Below, piece by piece: positions 38,752 through 49,291 of a stretch of DNA of 64,000 nt. Below the pieces are notes generated by a model. The model searched no databases. It was not told where the DNA came from and worked only from the letters and a program-made list of their open reading frames with translations. Numbering within the stretch: position 1 is the first letter of the stretch; each line of letters begins with the position of its first letter. The stretch comes from Promethearchaeota archaeon (GTDB taxonomy: Archaea; Asgardarchaeota; Lokiarchaeia; Sigyniarchaeales; SOKP01), in the NCBI GenBank assembly GCA_048938025.1, contig JBHLMP010000001.1, positions 74,366-138,365 on the forward strand, given 5' to 3'. A program made the translations under genes and the position numbers.

Positions 38752-41700
38752 ATGGTTGAAAAGCAAAAAGATGAAACACTATTAGAAAAAGCACAGTTAG
38801 AAGAAAATAATTATAATTGGATAGAAGCAGCAAAGCTTTATGAGCAAATTTTAAATTACTTCTTGGAAAGGAATATGATTGATAAGGTTGCATTTGCTTA
38901 TAAAAAATTGGGTTTTACTAATGTAATGGCCTCAGAAATGGCAGATTCACCCGTTGATTTAAGTAATAGGTGTAAAAATGCTATTGATGCCTATGATAAA
39001 GCAATAAAATTGTTTAATCAGATTGGTTCCAAGGAAGAAGAATTGGAGTGTATGGGAGATAAATTATATGCTCAGATATTTATTTCAACATCTAATGAAG
39101 AAATAAAGAATTCACTTAAAGATGCATTTAAAATCTTCCTTGAAGCTAGTGAATTATACTCTCAAAAAGGAGACAATGAAAGTAAAGCAAGAACTCTGAG
39201 TAGAGCTTTATTCTGCATAGGTTGGGTAATGAACTGTCTATCTGAAGAATCTGAATATGATCTTTTATATTACAAGTATTTAGATTTAATAGATAAAGCT
39301 TTGAAATCTGCGATAGAAGTAAAAAATGTCAGAGACTTAGGTGAAGTAATATATGGCATTTTCCTCATTTGTTTCTTTCAAATCTATTTTAAGAATTTTA
39401 GAAAGGATGATGATTTTAAAAACATTATGATGAATCTAAGAAAAAAAATTAATGATACCATAGATTTAATTGGAGATTCCGAGGATTATAGAGCACTTAG
39501 CATGATTTATTATACATATGGACAAATTTATTGTGGTTACGCATGTCATTTTATTAAAAATGAGATAGAACAGATAGATATGTCTATTAAAGGAATAAGT
39601 ATACTTGAGAAAGCCTTAAATTATGCAAGAAAAGCTAATAATAACCATTTAATAACTGCATCAATATTCTTTATTGATTGGTGGGCTTTTTTCCAAAGAA
39701 GATTAAATTATGTTCAAAAGAGAATTTATGGTGATGTCAATGAAATGTTAAAACTGAGTAAGATGGTGGGACATAATCACTATTGTTTCTATGCATTATT
39801 TTTACCAGTTTTTTATTATGCTAATATGTCTCAAAGAAGCTTCTTCACTATTCGTCAAAGAAAATCCTATGCTAAACAGGCTATTAAATATGCAAAAGAA
39901 GCCTTAAATTTAACCTCTAATCTACCTTACTCGGCATGGCCTTATCAAATGTTAACATACAGTTATTCAGAATTAACACGTCTCTCCTCTTTAAAAGACG
40001 AACAGAATAAATATTCTGATAAAATGTTTGACTATGCTCAGAAAGCAGTAGAAATTAGTAAGAATTATGAAGGTGGATTAATTCGTGCAACAGGTTATTC
40101 TTCTATGTATAGAGCATACAAAACTCTTGCAGATCTGACTTTGAATGAAGAAAATAAGATAAACATGTTATCCTCGGCTGCTGAAGCGGCAAAGGAATAT
40201 TTAGAGTATACCCCAGAATCTTATACAGCAGAATTGATAGGACAAATCCGATTGGGATTATTATTAGAGGATATTGGTATAATCTCAGGAAAAATAGATT
40301 CTTTAGAACAAGCGAAGGAAATCTTTTATAACTTACTTAATGAAAGCACCGAGAGTGGTCGTTATTCTTATGCTGCTGCTACAAGTGAATACATTGCTCG
40401 CATAGAGGATAGATTAGGAAATAATAAGTCTTCTGCTGAATTATATAATAAAGCTCGAGTTTTGTATTCTGAATCATTAAAAACTATTAAATATAAACCA
40501 CTTAAAGAAAGGAGCAAAGAGAAAATACAATATGCGGAAGCTTGGGCATTAATAGAAACTGCTAAGTTATATCATAAAGAAGAGAATCATATTAGCGCAA
40601 AAGATTGTTATGAAAAGGCTTGTCAAATCCTGGGAAAATTACCTCGGTATAATTTTGAGGGTTCATATTATAATGCTTGGATTTATTTAGAAGAAGCAGA
40701 ACATTTAAGTAAACAAGCAAAACATTCAGATGCTATAGAAAAATTTGTTGCAAGTAGTAAATATTTCACTGATGCATTAAATGAATTGGATACAATTATA
40801 GAGAAATCCAAGGATAAAATGGAAATAGATCGTATTAATAAATTGATTAACGTAGCAAAGATTAGAATTAATTATTCCAATGCTAGAGCGGATGTTGAAA
40901 ATGCGAGGATTTTAGGGAAAAAGGGAGAGCATCTAACTGCAGGAGAAAAATTTTCGGTTGCAGCTTCGCAATTTAAATACATATGCACTAAGTTTGAGTT
41001 AGAGAGAGAAAGAAAAGAATTAGAAGCAGTATATTACCTTTGCAAAGCTTGGGAAAACATGGAACTAGCAGAAAATTCTGAAGATTTTCAAAGATATTCA
41101 AATGCGTCATCCTTATTTGATAAAGCCAGTAATTTATTTATTGAAAACAAATTAAAAATGCTTTCTTTGGGTAATTCATCGTTTTGTCAAGCTTTAGAGC
41201 TTGGCTGCAAATTTGATGCAACAATTAAAACAGAAATAAAAGCAGAAATATATACAAAAATCAAAATAATACTTAGAAAATCAGCTACTTATTATAATAA
41301 AGGTGGATTTGAAAGTGGAGCAGAGTGGGCATTAGCCACCTCTATATATTTTGATGCAAGTTGGCATTTAATTAGAGCAGATCAAGAAGTAGATCTTGAG
41401 GAAAAAAATAAACTTTTAGAAATAGGATCTGGGTTCCTTAAGTCTGCTGCTGAACTTTTCGCTAAAGCAGGTTATAAAAATAAAGAAAGAGAACTCCTAG
41501 AAAGTTTAGATATGGTATTGAAAGAGAAAAAAATAATTCTGACTGCTTTAAATACAATAATACAACCTGCGATAACAAAAAGTACTGTTGGTATAATTGC
41601 CCCAGCTTGTCCTATTGAAACTAGTGAATCTCCAAAATTAAGTGAGGTGAGTAGTTATACACAAGAATATGATTCAGAAGAAATAAAAGAAGTAATTAAA

Positions 41701-42576
41701 GAGAAATATAAATTAATTTATAAAGATTTATTAAAAGGGCACCCTGAGAAGCAAATTGATAAAATAAGAGTGGGGGTTGCTCAAATAGGTACTTCTGCCA
41801 CTGGAGATATATTAAATGAGTTTTATGATGAAAAACCTCCTGGTCTATTAACTCTTAAAGACACGAAAGTAAATGAAATCAAATCAAAAATAAAAGAAAT
41901 GGTTCAAAAAGCTTATCAAGCAAATGTGAATATTTTACTTTTTCCAGAAATGACAGTAGATCTTAAATATAAACAATTTCTTGATGATATTTCAAATCTT
42001 GCTAAAAAATATGAAATGTATATTATTCCTGGCTCATATCATAATATTGAAGCAAAAAGTAATGTAAGCTCTATTATTGGTCCTGAAGGGATTCTCTGGC
42101 AACAAGAAAAACACATTCCTGCCCTTATAAGTCTTGAGGGAAGAAAATTTAAAGAAGGAATAAACACAAGTAATCTTCCTCGAAAAACATTTGTATGTAA
42201 TACTAAATTTGGAAGAATAGTAATTGCAATTTGTCGCGATTTTCTTGATATGGATTTAAGAGTAGAATTGAAAAACTTCGAGCCCCCTATAGATTTAATT
42301 TTCAATCCAGCCTTTACACCAGTTACAGCTGATTTTAAAGCAGTTCATTTTGATGCGCGTAGGTCAATTTATGCATATACTTTTTTTGCTAATGTGGCAG
42401 ATTATGGTGACTCTCTTATCTATACTCCAGAAAAGGAACGTACAGAAAGAGTCTTACCTGCAAAGGAGGTAAATATAATTTATAAGGACGTGGATCTCTT
42501 TAAACTGCGTTCAGAAAGGAAAAAATGGCAGAAAATAAAAGAAGCTGAAACTCGATTTATTCAGAGTACGAGATAG
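38752..42576 (+). CDS. Large alpha-solenoid (TPR-like) protein with C-terminal carbon-nitrogen hydrolase domain
   Basis: About 930 aa of helical repeats, then RVGVAQ, LLFPEM, QEKH and ICRDF (E-K-C triad). Confidence 0.8.
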   Translation: MVEKQKDETLLEKAQLEENNYNWIEAAKLYEQILNYFLERNMIDKVAFAYKKLGFTNVMASEMADSPVDLSNRCKNAIDAYDKAIKLFNQIGSKEEELECMGDKLYAQIFISTSNEEIKNSLKDAFKIFLEASELYSQKGDNESKARTLSRALFCIGWVMNCLSEESEYDLLYYKYLDLIDKALKSAIEVKNVRDLGEVIYGIFLICFFQIYFKNFRKDDDFKNIMMNLRKKINDTIDLIGDSEDYRALSMIYYTYGQIYCGYACHFIKNEIEQIDMSIKGISILEKALNYARKANNNHLITASIFFIDWWAFFQRRLNYVQKRIYGDVNEMLKLSKMVGHNHYCFYALFLPVFYYANMSQRSFFTIRQRKSYAKQAIKYAKEALNLTSNLPYSAWPYQMLTYSYSELTRLSSLKDEQNKYSDKMFDYAQKAVEISKNYEGGLIRATGYSSMYRAYKTLADLTLNEENKINMLSSAAEAAKEYLEYTPESYTAELIGQIRLGLLLEDIGIISGKIDSLEQAKEIFYNLLNESTESGRYSYAAATSEYIARIEDRLGNNKSSAELYNKARVLYSESLKTIKYKPLKERSKEKIQYAEAWALIETAKLYHKEENHISAKDCYEKACQILGKLPRYNFEGSYYNAWIYLEEAEHLSKQAKHSDAIEKFVASSKYFTDALNELDTIIEKSKDKMEIDRINKLINVAKIRINYSNARADVENARILGKKGEHLTAGEKFSVAASQFKYICTKFELERERKELEAVYYLCKAWENMELAENSEDFQRYSNASSLFDKASNLFIENKLKMLSLGNSSFCQALELGCKFDATIKTEIKAEIYTKIKIILRKSATYYNKGGFESGAEWALATSIYFDASWHLIRADQEVDLEEKNKLLEIGSGFLKSAAELFAKAGYKNKERELLESLDMVLKEKKIILTALNTIIQPAITKSTVGIIAPACPIETSESPKLSEVSSYTQEYDSEEIKEVIKEKYKLIYKDLLKGHPEKQIDKIRVGVAQIGTSATGDILNEFYDEKPPGLLTLKDTKVNEIKSKIKEMVQKAYQANVNILLFPEMTVDLKYKQFLDDISNLAKKYEMYIIPGSYHNIEAKSNVSSIIGPEGILWQQEKHIPALISLEGRKFKEGINTSNLPRKTFVCNTKFGRIVIAICRDFLDMDLRVELKNFEPPIDLIFNPAFTPVTADFKAVHFDARRSIYAYTFFANVADYGDSLIYTPEKERTERVLPAKEVNIIYKDVDLFKLRSERKKWQKIKEAETRFIQSTR

Positions 42577-42606
42577 AATAAATCAGTATTGCCTATATTT
42601 TAAGAA

Positions 42607-43896
42607 CTAATCAATTTTTGCACCACATACAGGACAATTTTTTGGATTATGAAGTTGGAGTGTTGCACCACAAATTTTACAAAGTTTTACTGTTCCTCTT
42701 ATTTTTGGAGGATTTAATGTTGTAATAGAAATCTGTTCTTTAATTTCAACCGAAGGTGTTAATTTTCTATCTGAAATCTGAGTTACTGATTCTTTTATCT
42801 TATTATTATTAACCTTTACTTCTATCTCTCTACCAAAAAACCCTCCTATTCGCACTTTTTTCTTCATGTCTGGTCGTGGAATAGAAGGAGGTTTTAAAGA
42901 ATTTAACTCTATTTCTCCATATAGTTCTTGCTCCAATTCTTCATCTCTATATTCTTCTTTAGATTGCTCAATTATAGGTTCTTCTCCTTGTTCTTCTTCA
43001 TATATCATATTGACATATTCTTCGTCTAATTTTAGCAATGTTTGGCATTGAGGGCATCTAAAAATATGCATAAAACCTATATTTTTAGCAAGTGAGTATT
43101 TTGCCGCACAACAACTATGAAATTTAGTATTACAGTTAAAACATTTATGTATCTCGTCAGAATGAGCTTCACAAATTGGACAAACTTCTTGTTCACAGAT
43201 CGTACAAATTTCTTCGTCATCAGGAGAGAGAGTAATTAAATCTACTGCCAATTTTTCATAGAAAATTTGATCTTCTACTAAAATTTGATCTTCTTCATCA
43301 GTGTGAATTATTTTAAATTCCTTTTTGCTTTGAACTAATGATCCAAGAATATTGTGGAAGAGTTTTTCATTAGTGCAATAAAAGGTCCCACCATGGGTTT
43401 CACTTGAAATTACTTTCAGTTTGACATCATCATCGTAGAATTTCTCGTCTCCAACTCGAATAATATCAATAAAAGCTGAAAATTTTTTTGCTTTAATCAA
43501 CAAATCATAAAGAGCTAAATGATACTCCTCAGATAATTTACTAGGAGTATCTGAAATAATTATAACACGATAATCTTTTCTAACTTTTTGACTTCTCTTA
43601 AAAATATAAGCAAGAATTTCATATAAGCCATTTTCTAAATAGCTATGTTCGACTTCACGAGTGTCCCATGCGTCATTTATAGTATTTAAAACTGTTTCTG
43701 TTTCCTTTAAGTCATAAGCAGTAATAGGATTATCTTCTTTTTGAAAAAATACTATACCATAAGAGCTTAAAGCATTAAATTTATTCTTTTCTTTAATAAA
43801 TGCTCCTATAGCTTTCAGCAGTGGCTTTTTTTTTAGAAAACTCGTCGTTAAATCAATGTAAAATATGAATTCCTCAGAATTTATGGTTGTTAACAT
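42607..43896 (-). CDS. vWA-like domain + RING/PHD-like finger + C-terminal zinc ribbon, paralog A
   Basis: FYIDLT, VIIISD, IDIIRVG, THGGTFY; CPIC..CFNCNTKFHSCC..CPQC; CKICG..CPVCG. Confidence 0.7.
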   Translation of the reverse strand: MLTTINSEEFIFYIDLTTSFLKKKPLLKAIGAFIKEKNKFNALSSYGIVFFQKEDNPITAYDLKETETVLNTINDAWDTREVEHSYLENGLYEILAYIFKRSQKVRKDYRVIIISDTPSKLSEEYHLALYDLLIKAKKFSAFIDIIRVGDEKFYDDDVKLKVISSETHGGTFYCTNEKLFHNILGSLVQSKKEFKIIHTDEEDQILVEDQIFYEKLAVDLITLSPDDEEICTICEQEVCPICEAHSDEIHKCFNCNTKFHSCCAAKYSLAKNIGFMHIFRCPQCQTLLKLDEEYVNMIYEEEQGEEPIIEQSKEEYRDEELEQELYGEIELNSLKPPSIPRPDMKKKVRIGGFFGREIEVKVNNNKIKESVTQISDRKLTPSVEIKEQISITTLNPPKIRGTVKLCKICGATLQLHNPKNCPVCGAKID

Positions 43897-44046
43897 TTTA
43901 TCATCAAAGTCAATTCTAATTTATAAGATATTAAAAATTTATAAAAGAATAATAATAGAAATTGTATTTATTTTTATTTATATTATTAAAATCTTTATTT
44001 TTATATTAAAAAAAAGTATTATTAATAAGAATTTAATAATTTCAAG

Positions 44047-45336
44047 TTATAATTTAGTTCCACATTTCGGACATTTGAATTGTTCATTCGATGTTATCTG
44101 AGTTCCACATTCCGGACAAAACCTAAAATGTAGTTCCTTTTTATTATCGTTTAAATGGCTATTTATTGATTCTTTGGATTCAGTGGGCTCTGTTTTTGAA
44201 GGAGGTTTTAAAGAACTTTTAGTAGTTTTTTCATATACTATTTTATCTCCAAGCTTCTTCACTGTATAAACCTTTCCAAAGAACCCACCGATCCTAACGG
44301 TATTAGGTTTTTCTTCAGGTATTTGATCTTTTAGTGGAATATCTTCGTCAACTTCTTTTTTTTCTACAATTGATGATTCTTTAATATCTTGACTCTCTAA
44401 GGTTTTTTCTAATCCGTCTATTCCAATATAGTCATTGGTGGAAGCTTGAACTATTAAATCTTGATTAATTTGAAGTAGAACATCACAATCTGGATTGGGG
44501 CATCTAAATATATGAGGTATACCGATATTGTGATGAATTGTATAATTTGTAACACAACACTGATGAAAGCTAGTGTTGCATGAATCACAAAATAAAGGAA
44601 TATCACTAAGTTCTCCACAGATTGGACAGATTTCTTCATGACAGAAATGACACTTTAAACCTGTTGCATTAACAGGTTCTTTTAGTTTCCGAGCTAACTT
44701 ATCATAAAAAGCAAAATCTTCTTTACTAATTTTTATATGATCTGGTCGATCTGCAAAAATGCTGACTAGTGGTTTAGTTTTTACTAACTTTTTTATTACA
44801 TCAGAAAACTCTTTTCTATCTTGTACATAAAAGATTCCTCCCTTAGTATCACTTGCCAATACATTTAATTTTACATCGTCGCTAAAAAACCTAGTTCCCT
44901 TCTCAGAGATTCTTATAATGTCTATAAAAGTGGGAAAGTATTTTATTTTTGATACTAAATTAAATAATGCTTCTTGATATTCACTACCAAGATCACTAGG
45001 AGTATCTGTAATAATAATTATTCGGTTGTATTTTGATTTTTTTCTTACTGTCTCAGCTATATAAGAGAAAATATAAAATAAACCATTTTCAAAATAACTT
45101 ATCTTTTTGGGTCTAAACTTCCAATTTTCTTCAATAGCATTAGTAATTATGCTAGCTTCTTTTTTATCAGTTATGAAAACAGGATTTCCTTTTTCTTGAA
45201 ACATAAGAAGAGAATAATGACCCTTTATATTAGCTTTATTCTTTTCTTCAATATAATATTTAATAGTTTTTATAAGTTCTTTCTTTCTCAACATCTCCTT
45301 AGTTAAATCTAAGTAAAAATAAATATCTTCAGTCAT
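44047..45336 (-). CDS. vWA-like domain + RING/PHD-like finger + C-terminal zinc ribbon, paralog B
   Basis: FYLDLT, IIIITD, IDIIRI, TKGGIFY; CPIC..CDSCNTSFHQCC..CPNPDC; CPECG..CPKCG; start taken at ATG 45336. Confidence 0.7.
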   Translation of the reverse strand: MTEDIYFYLDLTKEMLRKKELIKTIKYYIEEKNKANIKGHYSLLMFQEKGNPVFITDKKEASIITNAIEENWKFRPKKISYFENGLFYIFSYIAETVRKKSKYNRIIIITDTPSDLGSEYQEALFNLVSKIKYFPTFIDIIRISEKGTRFFSDDVKLNVLASDTKGGIFYVQDRKEFSDVIKKLVKTKPLVSIFADRPDHIKISKEDFAFYDKLARKLKEPVNATGLKCHFCHEEICPICGELSDIPLFCDSCNTSFHQCCVTNYTIHHNIGIPHIFRCPNPDCDVLLQINQDLIVQASTNDYIGIDGLEKTLESQDIKESSIVEKKEVDEDIPLKDQIPEEKPNTVRIGGFFGKVYTVKKLGDKIVYEKTTKSSLKPPSKTEPTESKESINSHLNDNKKELHFRFCPECGTQITSNEQFKCPKCGTKL

Positions 45337-45507
45337 TATTCTCACACCATATTCCAAACTTCAGTTAATTATTAATAATGATAAAGATAAAACCTCTTTA
45401 AAAACTTATTATAAAAGATAAATAAATAAAAAAATAGTTATTAATAAAAAATCATATGGTTTATAAATTTATTAGTAGAATTCAAAAAAATTATGTGATA
45501 TTTCAAT

Positions 45508-47478
45508 ATGGACAAATTTTTAAAACAATTAGGGCTCTCAAATGATACTATCGATATATATATTAAGTCATTAGGAAGAACCTCTCTTACATATTATGAA
45601 CTCTACTCAATGGTTCCAAAAATTACTGAAGGGGAATTCGAAAATAGCCTTAATGAACTTATAGACTCAGGACTAATAATTCAATTAATCCCTCAAAAAC
45701 AGGAAATCCTTTTAAAGTATTTAACTATTCCTCCTTTTGGACCAATAATCGCATATTATGAGAACATTGATGCGAATTTAACAAACATTAAAAATTCAAT
45801 TCAAGAATTAATAGCTAATTCATTAAAACAAATTTTTAAGAGTAATAGAATAGTTGATATGGATTCTGTTTTCACCGTTTTTCAAGAAATTAAAAAAGAT
45901 ATTGAAGAAGATAATATTATTCAAAAAAGAGAAATTGAAGATATTTTTGAGGGTATGGAGGATCTGAATAAGCTTAAAAAGGAGCTTTCTGAAATTCATC
46001 AACAGATTAAAAGCATTATACAAACTCAATTTTCAGATCTATTAAAATTAATTTCAAATCTTAAAGATGATTTAACTAAAAAAATTAATTCATTAGAATT
46101 TAAGAAATATAAGAAAGAAATTATCGAGATAATTGAAGAATTATTTAAAGCAAGATTAGATGAGATAGTAGGAAATTTTATTAATAAATTACATAATCAA
46201 ATAGGAGATGAGTTTAGTAATACAAATAAATCTACTGATAATATTATGGAGTCTGTTTTTCAATATCGTGAAGATTTTAAAATGCTCCTCTTAAACATGT
46301 TAAATAATTTTGAAACAAAAATGAATACCATTTTCGGAATGATTAAAGATAATAAAGAAAATCTTGTAAATGACATTCAAGCCCTTGAAAGCAAGATCAC
46401 GGAGAGTTTAAATGTTATAGTTAGAAATTCTATAAATGAAGTCTCAAAATTAAATAAACCTATTGAAAGTGTAATGAAAAATAGTTTTGAGATGTTGATT
46501 TCTTCTGATAAGGCATTGATTAATGATATTTGGACGATAAGGAGTGTAACTAATGTTAATGAAGAGATTCAAAAGTTAATAAATAACACAAATAAAACTC
46601 TTTTTCTTATTATTCCTAATCTTGAAAATCATTTAGCAATTGAACATTTTGGAAAACAATCTGGAAATTTGAAAATAAAGATCGCCTCTTCAGAAGCACA
46701 CACTAATAGTCTTGTTAAGAAGTTAAAAAGTGTAAAAAATTTAGAGTATAAAACTCTGCAAAATGAAAATATAATTGCTTTAAAAGGGGATGATAATCAT
46801 ATCGTTATAGGATTAGTCCAAGATAATCAAAAAGAACCTCTAGAAGATTTTATTGGATTTGGGAGTAATTTTAAACCCTTAATAAAGATATTCGAGCCTA
46901 TTATAGATACTACATGGGCAGCAGCGTATTCAGATACTTATTATGCTACTCAACAAACAAAAATTCAAACAACAGCCCCCAAGAAAGTTGCTGCTATAAA
47001 ACCTACAGTAATTAAGGAAGCAAAACCTATAACTCCTATAAAAACGGAGTCCATTAAAACTAAAGACATTCCGAAACAGATTAAGGAACCTATTAAAATT
47101 CAAGAGAAATCTACTCCAAAACCTCTAAAAGTCACTACTGAATACTCAATACCTAAGGAGAAAATAACAGATTTAACTCAAAAACTAAAGAAAAATTTAA
47201 CTATACTCCCGAAAGCTGGTGATGAAGCAGGTATGTTTATCAATGATGCCTTTAATAGTCTTATTTTGCAATTAAATAATTTAACGGGAGAGGACTTTAG
47301 TTTAGAGTTGCAAAAAATAGCGGACTTAATTTTAGAGAAAAAAGGTTTCTCAGTTATTTTACACCAATTAAGAAGTACTATAAATGAATACAAAAATCAT
47401 TATAAATTGTTAAATAAAAATGAAAAAAATCAAATAGTCGAATTTATTAATAATTGGAAGCAGAAATTATTTCAATAA
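45508..47478 (+). CDS. TrmB-like HTH protein with long helical/coiled-coil insert, TrmB/PLD-like domain and K/P/T-rich linker
   Basis: LKQLGLS..IYIKSL N-terminus typical of TrmB; IWTIRS..IQKLINNTNKTLFLIIP effector-type domain. Confidence 0.6.
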   Translation: MDKFLKQLGLSNDTIDIYIKSLGRTSLTYYELYSMVPKITEGEFENSLNELIDSGLIIQLIPQKQEILLKYLTIPPFGPIIAYYENIDANLTNIKNSIQELIANSLKQIFKSNRIVDMDSVFTVFQEIKKDIEEDNIIQKREIEDIFEGMEDLNKLKKELSEIHQQIKSIIQTQFSDLLKLISNLKDDLTKKINSLEFKKYKKEIIEIIEELFKARLDEIVGNFINKLHNQIGDEFSNTNKSTDNIMESVFQYREDFKMLLLNMLNNFETKMNTIFGMIKDNKENLVNDIQALESKITESLNVIVRNSINEVSKLNKPIESVMKNSFEMLISSDKALINDIWTIRSVTNVNEEIQKLINNTNKTLFLIIPNLENHLAIEHFGKQSGNLKIKIASSEAHTNSLVKKLKSVKNLEYKTLQNENIIALKGDDNHIVIGLVQDNQKEPLEDFIGFGSNFKPLIKIFEPIIDTTWAAAYSDTYYATQQTKIQTTAPKKVAAIKPTVIKEAKPITPIKTESIKTKDIPKQIKEPIKIQEKSTPKPLKVTTEYSIPKEKITDLTQKLKKNLTILPKAGDEAGMFINDAFNSLILQLNNLTGEDFSLELQKIADLILEKKGFSVILHQLRSTINEYKNHYKLLNKNEKNQIVEFINNWKQKLFQ

Positions 47479-47502
47479 CTTATATATCATAATATTGTTT
47501 TA

Positions 47503-48285
47503 TTATTGGGAAGTTTTTTCCACATTTCTAATCTTTATCTTATATATAAGAAATCCTCTGATAAAAAAAATGAATACAAATAGAAAACAACCAAGAAAAA
47601 ATACTGAAACAACAATAGAAATTAAGTAATTGGGATTCAGAATTCCAATGATCCCTAAAATTGGACACAGGGGGGCAACAATCAAGAAAGTAAAATAGAC
47701 ACTCTTATCTTTTTCACCAAACCTTATATAAGTAGTTATATTAAACCATCCGATTAATATCATGAAAAAAGGAATCAAATAAGAAGAAAGTGGGAGAAAT
47801 GGATAATCTATACCTCCCATTGCAAATGCATAAAAGTAATTTGCATAAAAAAAAGTAATTAAGGATAAAGCACTTAACGGAGTAGGCACCCCGGTATAAC
47901 CTGGAATTTTAGAAATATTAAATCTTGCTAACCTGAGTATCGCTCCTAATGCGAAACAAATAGAACCAATCACTATGAAAATGTCTATATATCCACCTGT
48001 TTTAAAAGCTTGATAAGTTAAGACTGCGGGAGTTATCCCAAAAGTTAAAGAATCGCTTAAAGAATCCAATTGCTTACCCATTTCGTTTATTGTACCTGTT
48101 TTACGAGCAATATAACCATCTATAAGATCTGTCCCAAGTGTTATAGATATAAGAAAAAATCCTAAAGATAGAAATTCATGAGTTCCTATACATGCGCATA
48201 CCAATGCTATAAAACCAAGTGTAGTACCGATAAGCGTTATAAAATCTTTGAATTTCAATAAATTAGGGATACTTGGGGTCTCCAT
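47503..48285 (-). CDS. CDP-alcohol phosphatidyltransferase, PssA-like (archaetidylserine synthase candidate)
   Basis: DLIDGYIAR..GKQLDSLSD signature, LRLARFN and GVPTP. Confidence 0.85.
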   Translation of the reverse strand: METPSIPNLLKFKDFITLIGTTLGFIALVCACIGTHEFLSLGFFLISITLGTDLIDGYIARKTGTINEMGKQLDSLSDSLTFGITPAVLTYQAFKTGGYIDIFIVIGSICFALGAILRLARFNISKIPGYTGVPTPLSALSLITFFYANYFYAFAMGGIDYPFLPLSSYLIPFFMILIGWFNITTYIRFGEKDKSVYFTFLIVAPLCPILGIIGILNPNYLISIVVSVFFLGCFLFVFIFFIRGFLIYKIKIRNVEKTSQ

Positions 48286-48436
48286 TCTCTTTTCCTAATT
48301 AATTTATTATGTATTAATTAAGCCTTATTGAATAAAAACATTTTCTTAAGAAATATGTAAGTCTCCGTTTCCTTAACTTTATAAAAGAGAGTTACCATTT
48401 TTAGCATAATAATTTATAAAAAAAAATTTGATTCCA

Positions 48437-49132
48437 ATGTATTGTAATATTTGTGGAGCGGAAATAAAAGACCCTAATCAAAAATTTTGTGAAAGTTGTG
48501 GAAATGAGCTTCCACCTAAAGCTATTTCTGAACAAGGATCAGCACAAACAACGGTAACTCCGACTACAATGCCCCAACATCGCCCTGGTGGGCTGTTTGA
48601 CATTAACCGGAATTATTACATCCTTAAAGAAAAGTATTGGGACTGGGGAAGCGGTGATATCTTAGATGAGAATAATCAAATGATCGGTAGAATGAAAAGA
48701 GTTATCTTAAGCATAAGACGTAGAGTTGAACTTCAAGAAGTTGATGGTACAATTTCAGCTACAATTCATGCTAAACTTGTATCTGCTCGTGGAGCTCAGG
48801 ATTTGAAAACACCTAATGGACAATTGATAGCGAGAATTAAGAAGAAGATTTTATCGCTTTTTCGGCCAGTCTTTTATTTGGAGGCTCCTGATGGTACTCA
48901 ATGGTATAGAGCACAAGGTAAACTGATGGGATGGTCCTATAAAGTATATGATGTCTCAACAGGAAAAACAATCGCTGAAATCGAGAAAGCTGATAAATGG
49001 AGAGACATTTTTCTTGGTGGATTATTAGATTTTAAGGACACATATGCGTTAAAAATACTAGATAATGAAACTGATCGAAGGATTTTACTTGGCTTTGTCT
49101 TATCAATAGATAATATACTACACGATTATTAA
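48437..49132 (+). CDS. Zinc ribbon + LURP-one / scramblase (Tubby C-like) domain protein
   Basis: MYCNICG..FCESCG, then a beta-rich domain (LKEKYW, IARIKKK, IAEIEK, DTYAL) ending in a hydrophobic helix ILLGFVLSID. Confidence 0.75.
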   Translation: MYCNICGAEIKDPNQKFCESCGNELPPKAISEQGSAQTTVTPTTMPQHRPGGLFDINRNYYILKEKYWDWGSGDILDENNQMIGRMKRVILSIRRRVELQEVDGTISATIHAKLVSARGAQDLKTPNGQLIARIKKKILSLFRPVFYLEAPDGTQWYRAQGKLMGWSYKVYDVSTGKTIAEIEKADKWRDIFLGGLLDFKDTYALKILDNETDRRILLGFVLSIDNILHDY

Positions 49133-49291
49133 TTCCTAATAATTTCATTATTTTTTTTATTCTTTTTTCCATAATATGTTTATAATTAAAAAAATTTTTA
49201 TTAATGTATTTCAATATTTTCTTTAAAAGAACTTTATTCCATAGAAATAGATTTTTAATTTTTGTAGTATTTCTATAGATGAGAAATCAAT

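Noticed and set aside
43865-44101. Hydrophobic low-complexity ORFs in AT-rich gaps (also 16671-16862, 31808-32032, 49032-49214, 52251-52490)
   Set aside because: Their I/F/K/N-rich composition is what AT-rich intergenic DNA yields, and most overlap the ends of real genes.
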